The position numbers were made by a program, and so were the translations under genes. The notes beneath the pieces are model-generated. The model was not told the origin of the DNA and did not search any database. It saw only the letters and a program-made list of their open reading frames with translations. Below are positions 42,153 to 54,639 of a stretch of DNA of 64,000 bases, piece after piece. The stretch lies in contig OZ025649.1 in assembly GCA_964019335.1 (NCBI GenBank), positions 496,001-560,000 on the forward strand, given 5' to 3'. The first letter of the stretch is position 1, and each line of letters starts with the position of its first letter. Source of the stretch: Diplonema japonicum (Eukaryota; Protista; Euglenozoa: Diplonemea).

Positions 42153-43613
42153 ATGGCGATATGCCCACTAAGTGCAGAGGAGAAAGAGTACCTAAGCGGG
42201 CCACTAGAAGATTTGTTTGAAAAGCTTAGAAAGGGGAATGGAAACAACGCCAAGAAGTGGAATGAGGTGCTGGGAGAGTGTTATAACACTCTGAAGAGTG
42301 ACGCCGCAAAGCAGGCGGCAAAAAAGAAGGTAGAGGTCGGTGCTCTCAAGTTATTTACATGGTCCAACAAAGGTGAGCTAGCTGCTTCGTTCTTCGCGGT
42401 CTGCAAGTTTGCAAAGAACCTTGGTATTGCTCTTTCTCACAGTCAAAACAATGTGTTATCCGCTTTGTGTGCTGCCTTCATCAAAACATCTCCTGTTCCT
42501 CCCCATCTCATCACCACCAAGCGAATCCGCACTAAGATTTCTGACTTCCTTGCCGGTGGTGCCTATCAAGGAACGATAGTCCCTACAGCATCCACCGCCA
42601 CGACACAAAAAGCAACCCCGCCCCCACCAAAAAGGAAACGAGTGTCTACAGCACCCGCTGCATCGCCACCGGGAAAGAAGATCAAGAAAGCAGAACAACA
42701 TACACAGAAAAAGGAAAAAGACGAGGACAACGAGGACTGCACAACCCCGACACAGCCCACTGACATTTGCAACACCCCTCCACATCAGTGTATTAAAAAA
42801 ATACCAGAAAAACTGTCTCCAATCGCTGCTGTGGAGGAGGAACAGCCGAGCACACCAAAGACAAAGGCAACAATGGAGGAGGAGCAACATCCAAGCACAC
42901 CAAAGACAGAGGCAACGGCGAGCCCGTGTGATATTCTTACCACACCACCTAGCTGCAGTTGGTCGAACCCGAGGAGGAAGAACGCGGCAAGACCTCGTCC
43001 TGCTGGCGTTTCACACGACGCGGAAACAACAGCAGCCACACAGTTCTTCACAGGGATCTCGCAGGGGATGTTTTCATTAGAACAGGATAGGTTCGCAGGG
43101 ATGGAGTTACAGGACAGACTTCCGCTTCAGGTGAAGTACACAAAGGAATTGTTAGAAGCACACTTTGAAGGCGTGGTTGTAACAGCGAAGCTAGCGGCCG
43201 CGCTGCAGATGATCTGCTGGGCTGTGAGGATGTGGCTCTACATTGCCGCTCGCATCGTGCACGGTAAGACAACGGAACCCCAAGATGATGTCGAGAAGCT
43301 TATTCCGCACATTGAAAATCTAGCAGAGTTGGCAAACAGGTACCTAGACCATTCCCTCACTGCCCCACACATTGAGAAGGTGTTCAAAGACGACAAAGGG
43401 CCGCAGCTCATTGAAGCACTGAAGCATGTCAGCATCTCGCGTACCCTCCCGCAAACCGTCGCTCTCCTTCGTGCCATTGAAGAAAGCGAGATTTCCCAGA
43501 ACACGCCACTGCCTTCTCCAAGCTCGTTTTCTTCGATCATCCCCACACCCCAGAAGTCGGTTGCTCTCCCCACCTTTCCTGACCTTTCTATCATGGAAGA
43601 TCATAGAGCTTAG
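42153..43613 (+). CDS. Hypothetical protein with NLS-like basic patches and a disordered TP/SP-rich middle
   Basis: Long ORF; PPPKRKR and PGKKIKK; internal duplication EEEQ(H)PSTPKT(K/E)AT. Confidence 0.7.
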   Translation: MAICPLSAEEKEYLSGPLEDLFEKLRKGNGNNAKKWNEVLGECYNTLKSDAAKQAAKKKVEVGALKLFTWSNKGELAASFFAVCKFAKNLGIALSHSQNNVLSALCAAFIKTSPVPPHLITTKRIRTKISDFLAGGAYQGTIVPTASTATTQKATPPPPKRKRVSTAPAASPPGKKIKKAEQHTQKKEKDEDNEDCTTPTQPTDICNTPPHQCIKKIPEKLSPIAAVEEEQPSTPKTKATMEEEQHPSTPKTEATASPCDILTTPPSCSWSNPRRKNAARPRPAGVSHDAETTAATQFFTGISQGMFSLEQDRFAGMELQDRLPLQVKYTKELLEAHFEGVVVTAKLAAALQMICWAVRMWLYIAARIVHGKTTEPQDDVEKLIPHIENLAELANRYLDHSLTAPHIEKVFKDDKGPQLIEALKHVSISRTLPQTVALLRAIEESEISQNTPLPSPSSFSSIIPTPQKSVALPTFPDLSIMEDHRA

Positions 43614-43784
43614 ATATGAATTTTAAAATCTTAAAATGTTTTTTGTTTTTCTGTCCCCCCCTTTCCCTTGTTTTTTATTTTCAGTCTCGAATCGAGCTAT
43701 TGAGATAAAACACCAAACATCCAGCCCTCTCAAAAAGAAAAAAGAGAAAAGTAAACAGCACGTTGTGCTTGTAAGCATGTGAAG

Positions 43785-46700
43785 ATGGGCTGCGGGGCTT
43801 CGCGAGACAACCTCCCTCAAGAAAAACGTGAAAAGAAACGGCATAAAAGGAAAGAAAAGAAAAAGAAAAAACCAGACACGGCGTATCTGAAAAACACTGA
43901 CACGAAGGAGGCAGTGACAGAGAACAATGAGCGCCAAAGGTCCGTGAGCTTCATCGCGCCTCCTCAAGAACAGGTTCCTTCTGGCCCCGAGGAGGGCAAT
44001 GAAGTGACACTATGGCAACCGGAAGAAGTAGATGCCGATCAGACAAAGGTGCTGAAGCTTGTGACCGAGGAAGAAGACGTCTTGTGCATAAGCCAGTCGG
44101 TAAATACAGACCCAGACATTACAGTTCGAAAGGCCACTCAGGCGAAGGAGCTCATCGATGCGTTCGTGCTGTTCATCGAATCTGAGCCACTTCTGCACTC
44201 CGAGCAGAGCATAGCCGACTATCTGTTCGAGCGGATAAAAGAACTTCCAAACGTATTTCAAAACAGCCCGACGGTTTGTCGCGTCGCTGGATCCGTGTCC
44301 AGCTTGCAGTTCTTATGCGACGGGGGAGGGAAAAAGCAGAAAAAGAATGCCAGCAGGCTATCCCCGAGGACCCATCAGTCAGGGAAGCTGATCCCGTTTA
44401 GAGTCGCGACACAGCACCACCTGCACAAAGAGGGTTCCGTGGGGTCGAACGCATGGGAGACAAGCAGTGACGCGTCCCAACGGTCGATGGTGTCGCATGT
44501 CCTGAGCCACATCGCCGGCGGGAAGAAGCGGCCTGAAGAAGAGTCGAAGGTGTCAGTGCTTGAGGGTGACCCCTTGGAACAGCTGTTAATCTCTGCCGCA
44601 GAGATCGTACAAAACTCCGCAGAAGGCCAGGAAACCCTGAGTAGTGTGGTCGCTTCAGAAGTAGCACGGGTAATGAGTGCCGAAAGCGCAACTATTTGGT
44701 GGCTGCGAGGAAGCGAATTTGTGGCCTATGTCGGAGCTGAGCAGCAAACAAGCTCATCTCTCAAAACTGCAACAGTGACAAAGCAACTAGTGATGCCGCT
44801 CGACACTCTCGCCAAGAATAGCCCCGAAAGGGAGGTTTACAACACGAAGAGCCACGTGCACTACCGTGCCGACTTCGACACAGATGGCTTTGTGCACCAC
44901 GAGAAGCATGAAATGCGTGAGGTGCTCTACCACCCTATCAAAAACAAAGGAGTGCTGATCGGGCTTTGCAAGTGCTGCAACAAGAACAGAGATCAGGACA
45001 TCGACTTCTCAGAAGATGAGATCAACTTGTTAACGTCTCTACTGATCTTCACGGGAGTCTGTCTCCACAACTACACGCTGTACGGAGAGCTCAGGGGAAG
45101 CGTTGAAAATACGCAGAGCATGCTGAACCTGACGGCGGACGTCAGCAATGCTGGCTTTGACATCGCAAAGCTGTGCGGGTGCATCATCACCACAGCGCAG
45201 CGATTGCTGGAGTCAGAGGCGTGCAGACTGTTCCTTGTCGATAACCACACATCGGAGCTGGTCACCATCATTGACGAAAAGGAGTACAGGTTCTCGAAGC
45301 ACAAAGGCGTTGAGGGGACTGTCTTTGCGACAGGCGACTCCGTTAACATGGCTGACGCATATAAGCACAGCAACTTTAACCCGCAGCTAGACCGCATGCT
45401 AGGGTTGCGCACAAAGAGCATACTGTGCGTGCCGATCTACTGTGACAAGGAAATAGTGGGCGTGGCGCAGCTGCTTAACAAAAGAGGTTCCTTGCAGTAC
45501 ACCGAAATGGACCAGCAGCAGTTAGTACGCCTGTGCGAGTACTGTGGGAAGAGCATCGGGAACGTCCTTGTTCATGAGAAGATGATGAAGGAAAAGCGGA
45601 CCACGCAGTCGGTGTTGTCGACGGTGCAGCATCTTCAGTCGGTGGATTTGACCAACATTGCGGAGATCGCAAACAAGATAATGGAGAATGCGAAGTCGCT
45701 TGTAGTGTGCGAGGCGTCCGACCTATGGATGGTCAACAAGGAGACAGCGTCGCTGCAAGCACCGACAGCGGAGAAATTGCCTTCTGCTCCATTTGATGAA
45801 ACAGTAGCCGGGCGTGTGGTGGTGCAAGGCACTGTGGTCAACGTGCAGAACGCTGATGAGGACCCTCGCGTGTCGAAGGATCCACTGCTGGCGTCATGCA
45901 AAGAAGTCCGATCCATCTTGTGCCTCCCCATTAAGAACCTTGAGAACGAGGTGCTCGGCGTATCCCAGCTGGTGAACAAGGAAAACGGTGCCTTCACTGC
46001 TGATGACACCCGCATCATGGAGCTCTTCAGCAGCTTTGCAGGGATGTGTTTGCGGACTGCCGGTTTGATAGAGTTCATGAAGAAGTCTTCATCTGCACAT
46101 TCGAAGCTTGTTAAACTGATGTCGTGTGTCGGCATGCCAAAACACTCTAGGGCACCATCGTTATTTAAGGCCAGCACAAGCACAAAAGCGCACAATGTGA
46201 TGATCCCTCTGACCAGCGAAGAACAAACGTTGCTGCTGAAGCCGAGCTTTCCCATCCACAAGTACCAGATAACTCTCCCGGAGCATAGCAGGCTCGTCTC
46301 GTTGTGCGGGGAGCTGTTTTCCTCCTTCGGCATACCCCAGGAGTTCAATATATCTATTGACGTCATTTGCAACTTTGTTGCCTCAGTACAAGGGAAGTAC
46401 AGGCAGATCCCATACCACAACTTTACGCATGCCTTCGATGTGACGCAGGTGCTGTGCATTTGAAAGACAAAACACAAAAAGAGAAAACAATGACAGACGG
46501 TCTGCACCTATCTAGACAGCCTCCCTGATGGGAAGTACATCACACGGTTGGACAGATTCGCACTTATTGTGACAGGTATACAAAAAAAGAAGAAAGTAAT
46601 CCTCCCTCCCACACACACAAAGCACTCTGTCACGATATTGACCATATGGGGCTGAACAATTCTTTCCAGCTGAAAGCGGAGACTCCATTAGGGGTGTTGT

Positions 46701-47330
46701 CAAGGTGTTTGGGAAATTTTAAAAAAAAATAGAAAAAAAAAATAGCATATCCGGGAGCAAGTCGGTGTTGGAGGTGCATCATTGTAATCTAACGATTGAG
46801 ATTTTGAGGTTTGTGTTTTTTTTTTTTTTTTTCCCTCTATTTTTTCTAATTTATTTCATAGCGCACCCGAAACGAACATATTAGCAGGGCTGGAGCATAA
46901 GGATGCCAAAGACGCGTGGCGGACTGTGATCGACTGTATCCTTGGCACCGACATGGCGCGGCATCAGGAGATTTGTTCAAGCTTCAGTGAAATGATGACC
47001 GAGTATGACGTAGAGTCTTCTTCGAGTAGAAGGCTCTTCATGACAATGCTCCTTAAGGCAGCAGATATCAGTAATGTTACCAAACCTTTCGAAATCAGCA
47101 AGCTTTGGGCTCACCGAATCACAGACGAATTCAATTGGCAGGGTGACTCGGAAAAAGCAGCTGGTATTCAGGTCACCCATCAATATCAAGATCTCAAAAC
47201 TGTTCAGCTCGGGTTCATTAATGCCATGGCATTACCAATGTACACAATGCTGGCAACTGGAATACCCGAGCTGGAGTTTATCTTGGAAGAACTGAAGAAG
47301 AATATTGGATTATGGCAGGAACACGACTAG
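43785..47330 (+). CDS. Class I cyclic-nucleotide phosphodiesterase, PDEB-like, with three GAF domains; join(43785..46448,46497..46575,46623..46704,46746..46808,46862..47330)
   Basis: MGCGAS start and three NK..F/Y...D GAF signatures. Four introns (48, 47, 41, 53 nt) rebuild PYHNFTHAFDVTQ-TV..ALCHDIDHMGLNNSF..SVLEVHHC..ILGTDMARH..LKAADISNVTKPF. Confidence 0.92.
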
Positions 47331-47696
47331 GGCTATGCTGGCATGGAAACGCGTTTCCAGCATTTTTTGAAAAAAAGGGAAACGAAAACGGAAACGTTTC
47401 CTGCCAGCATAGGACTGGGGGGGGCGAGGGGGCATGTCTTGCTATCGTTTTCGTCTTTTTTTTTTCACTCCCTCTCTTGTTGAGATGTTTTTACCCGGGT
47501 AGAGGGCAAGCATGCTGCTCATTTTTTTTTGCATGAACAAAAAAAAAAAAAAAGAAAGTAGTAGCATGCAGTGCTTACCTCGGTTTGTACTTTGTGCACA
47601 AATTCTAAGTACCGACTCTTTTTCTCTTACCAAGAACTCAAACTTTGAAAGGAATGTGTTATTGAAAAAAAAAAGAAGAAGAAGAAGAAGAAAAAA

Positions 47697-47770
47697 GAAA
47701 AGAGCAGAGACAACTTGTCCGTTTGTCCCTACTGTAAGGTGAAAACGCACATTCAGCCCCGACTCTTTTT
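47697..47770 (+). repeat. Dispersed non-coding element, copy 1
   Basis: GAAAAGAGCAGAGACAACTTGTCCGTTTGTCCCTACTGTAAGGTGAAAACG..CCGACTCTTTTT; near-identical to the sequence from 62124. Confidence 0.75.
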
Positions 47771-47958
47771 CTTCTTCTTTACTTTTTATCTGTTCTCCTC
47801 CTCTCCTTGACCCCCTTTTCCAAGGGGGAAAAAAATAGTTTTTTTGAAAAAGAAAGAACTTTTTTCTTCTTTACCCCCCCCCCCCCCCCCCCGGAAAGAA
47901 AAGGCAGATCCGAAAAAAGGGGCGAGGAAAGGGGATTTTTTTTTTTTAAAAACGAAAA

Positions 47959-48939
47959 ATGCCAGACCAAACGGACGACTTTGGGTTCTACGTGGGTGAA
48001 AAGTCTGAAGACTACGAGCTGGATAAAGAAACAGAAGCAAGAAGGGAGGAGAAATGGTCGGAAATGTTGGATAAGTGGGAGAAGACAAAGAAAGACCGGA
48101 TGACGAAAGTGAAGGAAAGGGTTCGGAAGGGGGTCCCAGCGACAATGCGGGGAAGGGTCTGGGCGTTGCTGACCGGTGGGAAAGAGCTGGCGGACTCCAA
48201 CCCGGGCCGGTACGTGGCTCTGCAGAAGATGAACGACACTATCCCGCAAGAGATTCGAGATATCATCACCAGAGACCTCCACCGCACTCTCCCAAACCAT
48301 TCCCTTTTCAGAGACGAATCTGCAGGCGGGCAACAGATTTTAAAACGAATTCTCAATGCCTACGCAGCGCATGATCCTACAGTCGGCTACGTCCAAGGCA
48401 TGGGCTTCATCGCAAGCATGCTACTCGTCACTAAAATGACTGAAGAAACAGCATTTTGGACATTCGTCGCAATAATGACAAACCCGACATTTCACATGCA
48501 GCAGCTGTACCTCCCAGGATTCCCGGAGCTTAAAAAAATGCAATTTCAGCTTGATAAATTGACCGAGAAATTCTTGCCGAAGCTCCATGCGCATTTCAAA
48601 TCGCAAGATGTCGATGCCTCTCACTCTGCAAGCCAATGGTTTCTTACGCTTTATGTATATCAGTTCCCTGATCACCCGTACCTCTTAATGCGAATCTTGG
48701 ACACGTTTATAATGGAAGGCTGGAAGGTTATGTTTCGTGTTGCTTTGTGCTTGTTCAAGCTCGAGCAGGAGAACCTGTTGAAAATGGGGATGGAAGAAAT
48801 CTACCCTCACCTGAAGAATCTACAGAATAACAAGGCGCCGGACTACTTCATGCATGAGATGTTGAGGCTGTCTCTCAAGACAGAGCATTTGCAAAAATAC
48901 GGCAAAGAGTACGACTCTAAAGATATTGAAATGACGTAA
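47959..48939 (+). CDS. TBC-domain Rab GTPase-activating protein
   Basis: RKGVPATMRGRVW, ITRDLHRT (R finger), GYVQGM (Q finger) and SQWFLTLY. Confidence 0.93.
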   Translation: MPDQTDDFGFYVGEKSEDYELDKETEARREEKWSEMLDKWEKTKKDRMTKVKERVRKGVPATMRGRVWALLTGGKELADSNPGRYVALQKMNDTIPQEIRDIITRDLHRTLPNHSLFRDESAGGQQILKRILNAYAAHDPTVGYVQGMGFIASMLLVTKMTEETAFWTFVAIMTNPTFHMQQLYLPGFPELKKMQFQLDKLTEKFLPKLHAHFKSQDVDASHSASQWFLTLYVYQFPDHPYLLMRILDTFIMEGWKVMFRVALCLFKLEQENLLKMGMEEIYPHLKNLQNNKAPDYFMHEMLRLSLKTEHLQKYGKEYDSKDIEMT

Positions 48940-50089
48940 AAGAAAAGACGTAAGGCAAAAAAAAAAAAAAATAGAAAAAAAAGAATATACAAAAGACCCC
49001 TTTTCTTCTTTGTGTGAGAATTCTTCCCCCCCCCCGCTTTTTTTTTCTCTTCCCCCTTTGTTTCCCTTGTTCCCTCATAAGAGCTTTTTACCAAGCACAG
49101 CAATCTCCTAATAATATAATTGGGCATTTTCTTTTTTTTTTCCTCCCAGTATTCAGAGGATCTAGGAGAGAAAAGAAGAAGAAGAAAAAGCGGGGGGGGG
49201 GGGGGGGGGGAACACTCTCAAAAGAAATAAATACAAAAGGTTCCGACACAGTGCAAACAAAAAGAAAGAAAGTAAAATATAAAAAAGGAAAAGGGGGAAA
49301 GGGGGGGAGGGGTTTGAGGATCGGTTGCTAATTTTCTTTTGTGCTTGCCCACCTCCCTCCTTTTTTTTGTTTCAGTTTCCGCCAATTGGAGGATTGCGCG
49401 CACATCTTCACCCTGCTCCTTACTCTCCACCCTTTCGTCGCCACTTTTTTTTAAAACATGGCCGGTGAGCGCAATAACGCATATAAGTTAAAGTTGTTGT
49501 TTTTTTTGGGGTCGTGGAGGTTTGAGAAGGAAGACAACTGGGCTGACCTCCCCATTCACCTCCGGGTTGGGAAAGAAAGGGAGCCGCGACTCTGCCCATG
49601 GAGGGGAAGGTACGCCTACGGGTAATGACAGTGCTAACTGACAGTGCTCTCAACTAGATCCAAGGGGTTTGTACTCCTTTACGGGGTTGGGAGGAACACA
49701 AATAGAATCAACTTTACCTCCCTCCCTCCTATTTTTCTTCCCATTATCCCAAGGAGCAGAGTGCTGTAGGTAAGCTGCGTAGTGTAGTGATGTGGCACTC
49801 ACCTGTGCACGCTGGGGCAACCCGCTCTTAAGCCCGCCGACTCTCACGTGGAGCATCCAGGACCAAAGTACCCGCCTACCCATGGCGGAAGAACGCTGTC
49901 TTTTTTTTGTTTTTGTTTTTGTTTTTTTTACAACCGACAACACCCCTTCCCTGCACACTCTTTCCGTGGTTCACTTTTGAATATTGCATCTGCATTGTGT
50001 GGGGGAGAGGGGAACAAGAAAAACAAAACAACAAAAAGCTCCCTCCTTACACGGCGCCAAAAAACAAAACAAAGAAAGAAGAAGAACAC

Positions 50090-51275
50090 ATGCCTCTCCC
50101 AATCGCAGCAGGGCTGTTCCTCACTGGTTACGGCAGCCTTCTAGCCGCACCCTTCGTGCTGGTAAACAAGGCACGTCCAGTGAACAGCGAATTTCCTGAT
50201 TTCGATGAATTAGTTGATTTGGATGTGGAAGAAAGTGACGGGGAAGAAGGGGAAGGGGAGGTTGGAACGGACAAGCCGGATGCAAACCGGGAAGAAGAAG
50301 AGGAAGAGGAGGAAGAAGAAGACGACGAAAACCACAACAGCAAACCGGGAAACAATACTTTCGAACAGCTATTTGTAGAATGGGAAGACATTGATGACGG
50401 GTGAAGACGTATTTTCCTTCCCCCCCCCCTCTCAAAATGCAAAAAAAGAACTCCCCACTAACATTAGAATGGACTCAAAATGGGAAGAACTTGACTTCCG
50501 ATGCAGAGCTTCGATTAATTCTGGAAAGGCTTTGCAAACAATTGTTGTCAGGCACCTAACGGTCCTCAAGGTGATGGCAACGGTGTGCAAACTCTTGAGA
50601 ATATGTGAAACGGCAATGTTTGGGGCGTTCGTGATTTTCGTTGAAGTGATGAACCACTCGGAGGGGAACCACGAGCAGCACGCCATTCTGATCGCCTTGA
50701 CATCTCTGGTCATCAGCGTCAAGACATGGGGGCACCATGCAACCCCAAGCTCCATCATCGCCGCCACAGTAAGAATCAACGAGAAGACTTCCCTATCTGT
50801 GGACGTGCCGAACACCAATTTAATCTTACAGGCTGAACGATACGTCTTGTTCACTGTGAACGCTGACCCAATAGGTGCGTTTCCTTTCTGGGATTGGGTG
50901 TCCACCATTGCAGTCGACATGGGTGTGGGGCAGAAGCTGGGTGTCTACGCAGCGACTGTGTGGGTGCTGCTTCGATCACCGTCGCCGTTGTTTCACTTCT
51001 ACTACACGCCCGGGCTGGTGAAGTACCTTTCTCTTGCCGTCGTGCTTGCGACATCGCCACCATCAAGTGCGCTCCCTGTGTTCGCAACCGATCGCAGGCT
51101 GCTGTCCAACATCACAGCCATGGTGCGCAATGCCATCTTCGGCGATCTACTTCCTATATCCCCCGCTGTATCGTCTTCCAGCAGCGGGTCGTCAGCTGGC
51201 TCGAAACGGAAACGATCAGACCACGATGATGAGCACCTTGTTGCTCGAGCGTGCGTCGCGCTTGGCGTCCGTTGA
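50090..51275 (+). CDS. Hypothetical membrane protein with an acidic N-terminal tract; probably join(50090..50400,50468..51275), otherwise two genes (50090..50404 and 50469..51275)
   Basis: The 67-nt segment GTGAAG..CACTAACATTAG has a branch-point-like ACTAAC and joins the two ORFs in frame (..EDIDDG-MDSKW..). Confidence 0.55.
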
Positions 51276-51411
51276 TGGGAGGGGGGGGAACTCATTTACA
51301 CATAATCCATCTCTCATTTACTTTTTATTTTCCCATTCCCTCCCCTCAGTTTTTATTTTTCTCCACCCTCTCCCCCCGCCACTCCTCTCAGGAGGAGTAA
51401 GCTGGAGGGCA

Positions 51412-51970
51412 ATGCACACAACACGTGGGACGACAAAGAGCAGCACCGCGAAAGGCGGGACAGCAAAGGTGTCGAGCCGATTGGACCCGACGAAGATATC
51501 CGACCCTTTTGGGTATGAAGTCTTTTATGTTTGGAACATCCACCTTCAGGAGTAGTAAGACAAAGTTCAGAACACAGTTCTCTCGAGAGCACTCTGCGGG
51601 TGCGATACCCGTGCACATCCACCACACTGGAAATGTGATGAGCTTGGCGTGGGACTGTCCGTATGAAGAAGTTCCTGAAGCACGGTTGCTGGTGCTTTCG
51701 GCAGCAGGGTTGCAGGAACAGGCCCATCCTTATGTGTTCCTGGCGCCAGCGATGTTTGACTGTTTGATGCAAAGAGAAGGAGTGGGCGAACGGGCGGTCC
51801 TCCCTAACCTGGATGCCATTGTGCCCCACTTAAGAGGAGCAATGCTGTCAGGGGACTCCTTCACACGGGGGCTTCACTCCTTTGGGCTGGTCTCCGATGC
51901 TGTGGGACCCGCGCTGAATAAATTTCTTACAGTGTTGCTGCAGGTATTTCTCTGGGAAAAAAGGGAGGGG

Positions 51971-52002
<32 letters not shown>

Positions 52003-52187
52003 AGAACATTGCAAAGCACCTGAACACAAAAGCCCACCGAGAGCAGATCGAGCTTACCCTCAACAAGTTAGAGCACAACGGTGGTCCCGACGCCTCCAGG
52101 ATCATCAAAACTAAGGTCCCCACTTATAACACCATCCACCGCATATCCAGTGCCAAGCCGGCTCCCAAGAGGGCTGCGTTCACGTGA
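51412..52187 (+). CDS. PACRG-like (parkin co-regulated family) protein; join(51412..51512,51550..51943,52005..52187)
   Basis: GAIPVHIHH, LAW, GLQEQAHPYVFLA, VGPALN and LEHNGGPDASRIIKTKVPTY after removing 37- and 61-nt introns. Confidence 0.85.
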
Positions 52188-52315
52188 GAGAGAATTCGAA
52201 TGATATTTCCTATTGTTCGCACAATTTTTTTTTTTTTTATTAAATTATAAATTCTTTTTTTTCTTCGAGTTTCGCAACACGTTCCTCCGACCTCCAGATA
52301 TTCTTATCTCATTTG

Positions 52316-53850
52316 ATGACCAGAGTGTTGTTAAATACAGCCAAGAAGATCAGAATTAAAATGGATATATCTACGGTGAACCAGCATCTAGTGAACGCGG
52401 AGTACGCGGTGAGAGGCCCGATCGTCATCAAGAGCGATGAGCTGCAGGAGAATTTGAAAAAGCACCCCGAGAAGTACCCGTTCAAGAAGGTCATCCCGTG
52501 CAACATCGGCAACCCCCAGGCGCTCTTGCAACAGCCTATTAGGTTCTACAGAGACGTGAGTGCGCTGGTCACCTCGCCTTGGATGCTAGACGACGAGGAC
52601 ATCAGAAGGAAATTCAAACCCGATGTCCTCCGCAGAGCAGAGTCCATGCTAGAAAAGATAGGACATTACAACAAAACAGGCGCGTACACAGAATCGCTTG
52701 GATACCTATGGGTGAGGCAGAATGTTGCGGACATGATGGAGAGGAGGGATGGTGGGGTCAAGGCTGATCCTAAAAACATATTCCTGACTGATGGTGCCTC
52801 GCCCGGTATTAAGATGATTCTGAACGTGCTCATGGCGAATGAAGGGGACGCGGTAATGATCCCTATCCCGCAGTACCCGTTGTACTCTGCCTCTCTTTCC
52901 ACGTTTAATGGTAAACCTGCTCCTTACTATCTCGATGAATCGAAAGGGTGGTCTTTGTCTATTGATGAACTGGAACGTGCGTACAAGGAGGCCACCGAGG
53001 CCGGGAAGAAGATCCGCGCGCTTGTAGTGATCAACCCTGGCAACCCTACTGGGCAGGTCCTCTCCAAGGATGTAATTCGGGATATTTGCAAGTTCGCATC
53101 TGAGAAGAAGCTTGTCATTCTCGCTGATGAGGTGTACCAGGAGAACGTTTACCTCCCAGGGCTGGAGTTCACCTCGTTCAAATCTGTTGTTGGGAAAGAT
53201 TTCTCCGATGTCATGCTCGCCTCCTTCCACTCTGTCTCAAAGGGTGTTATTGGAGAATGCGGGAAACGTGGTGGGTACATGGAAGTGCACAACTTCGATG
53301 AAGACATCAAAGCGCTTCTTCAGAAGCTTGCGTCCATCTCGCTCTGCCCGAACATTGCCGGGCAGATCTTAGTGGATCTTATGGTAAATCCTCCTAAAGA
53401 AGGTGACGAGTCGTACCCAGAGTGGAAGCGAGAGTACTTTGGTCTCTTCAACTCACTTACTTCCCGTGCAAAGCGTCTTGTTGCTGGTGTTAACGGAATC
53501 AACGGGATGACAGCTAATGACATTGAGGGTTCGATGTATGCGTTCCCTTCCATCACGCTCCCTGCTAAGTTCATCGCCGAGGCAGAGTCGCTTGGAAGGG
53601 CCCCAGATGCGCACTGGTCCCTCCTCCTCCTTGAACAGGCCGGGATTGTGGTGGTGCCTGGGTCTGGGTTCGGTCAGAGGGACGGGACGTACCACTGCAG
53701 ATTGACGATTCTGCCGCCCGAAGATCTTTTGGATGAGGTTTGTTGGAATTAAAAAAAAAAAAAGAAAACCAAAAAAAAAAAAAAAAAAAAAAAAAGGTCA
53801 TTTCTGGTCTTAAGAAGTTCCATGAAAGTATTATGGAGAGATACAACTAA
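52316..53850 (+). CDS. ALAT: Alanine aminotransferase; join(52316..53737,53797..53850)
   Basis: EYAVRG, CNIGNPQ, TDGAS, PIPQYPLYSA, INPGNPTGQ, ADEVYQEN, SVSKG..GECGKRGG and VPGSGFGQRDGTYH. A 59-nt intron restores VISGLKKFHESIMERYN*. Confidence 0.94.
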
Positions 53851-54639
53851 AACACAACCACAACTACAGCTTTTTTTTTTTTCTCTTTTATTTTGTGCTT
53901 TTTTCGCATGTGTTTTTTTTTTTAAAGTGAACTGAAAGGTTTTCTTTTTGCCCCCTGCTCCTTTGTTTCTCTATTCGCGCGCGTGTTCCATTTCAGAGAG
54001 AGACAAAAAGCACCGTGCCCTCGACAAGCCCATGCATTATTTATACCATCTAGTGCATGTCTCTGTGAATGGCACTGCAATCTGTAAATTATATCGTTCT
54101 CCTCCTCAGCGGCGGTACTGGGAGAGTTGTGTTTCTTTACATTGATCCCCCTTTTTCCCAGGTCAGGAAACAGGGATTTCTGACAAAAGAAAAAAAAAAG
54201 AACTGTGACATACCTATTCCTTTGTGCTGCTTTCTGAGGCGATTTTTTTTATTCGGAAGATGGAACGACGCTGCCGGTAGGGCCGAACGAGAAGAAGAAG
54301 AAAAAAAAAAAAGATGGAGGTGGAGAGAGAATTTGAAGGAGAAAGAATGAAAAAAAAAGGGTGAAGGGCGGGAAAAGCTCGCTTCTAAGCTCTTATTTCC
54401 CCCCCATTTCTTTTAAAGGTTTTTTTTTTCCCTTCTCCGGTCGCAAGGGCGAAGTGGGACACACGGGTATAGGTACCGTTGCAACGGGGCCAACCTGTAC
54501 CCCTCTTTTTGTCATTTCCCCCTCCCCCTCCCCCCTTCCGACGATGGCCGACTTTTTTTTAAAGAAAAAAGTCCCACCCCCTTCGTGATTTTACATTGTT
54601 TTGTCACCACCTTGTCCAGTGCCAGACACAGGAGGGGAA

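Noticed and set aside
46449-46496. In-frame TGA in the PDE suggesting stop-codon reassignment or selenocysteine
   Set aside because: It lies inside a 48-nt GT-AG intron whose removal restores the conserved motif; TAA, TAG and TGA all end genes here.
47705-47747. Resemblance of the dispersed element to LSU rRNA (GAGACAG..CCCTACT) or a hammerhead core
   Set aside because: The match is short and gapped, and there is no CTGANGA core.
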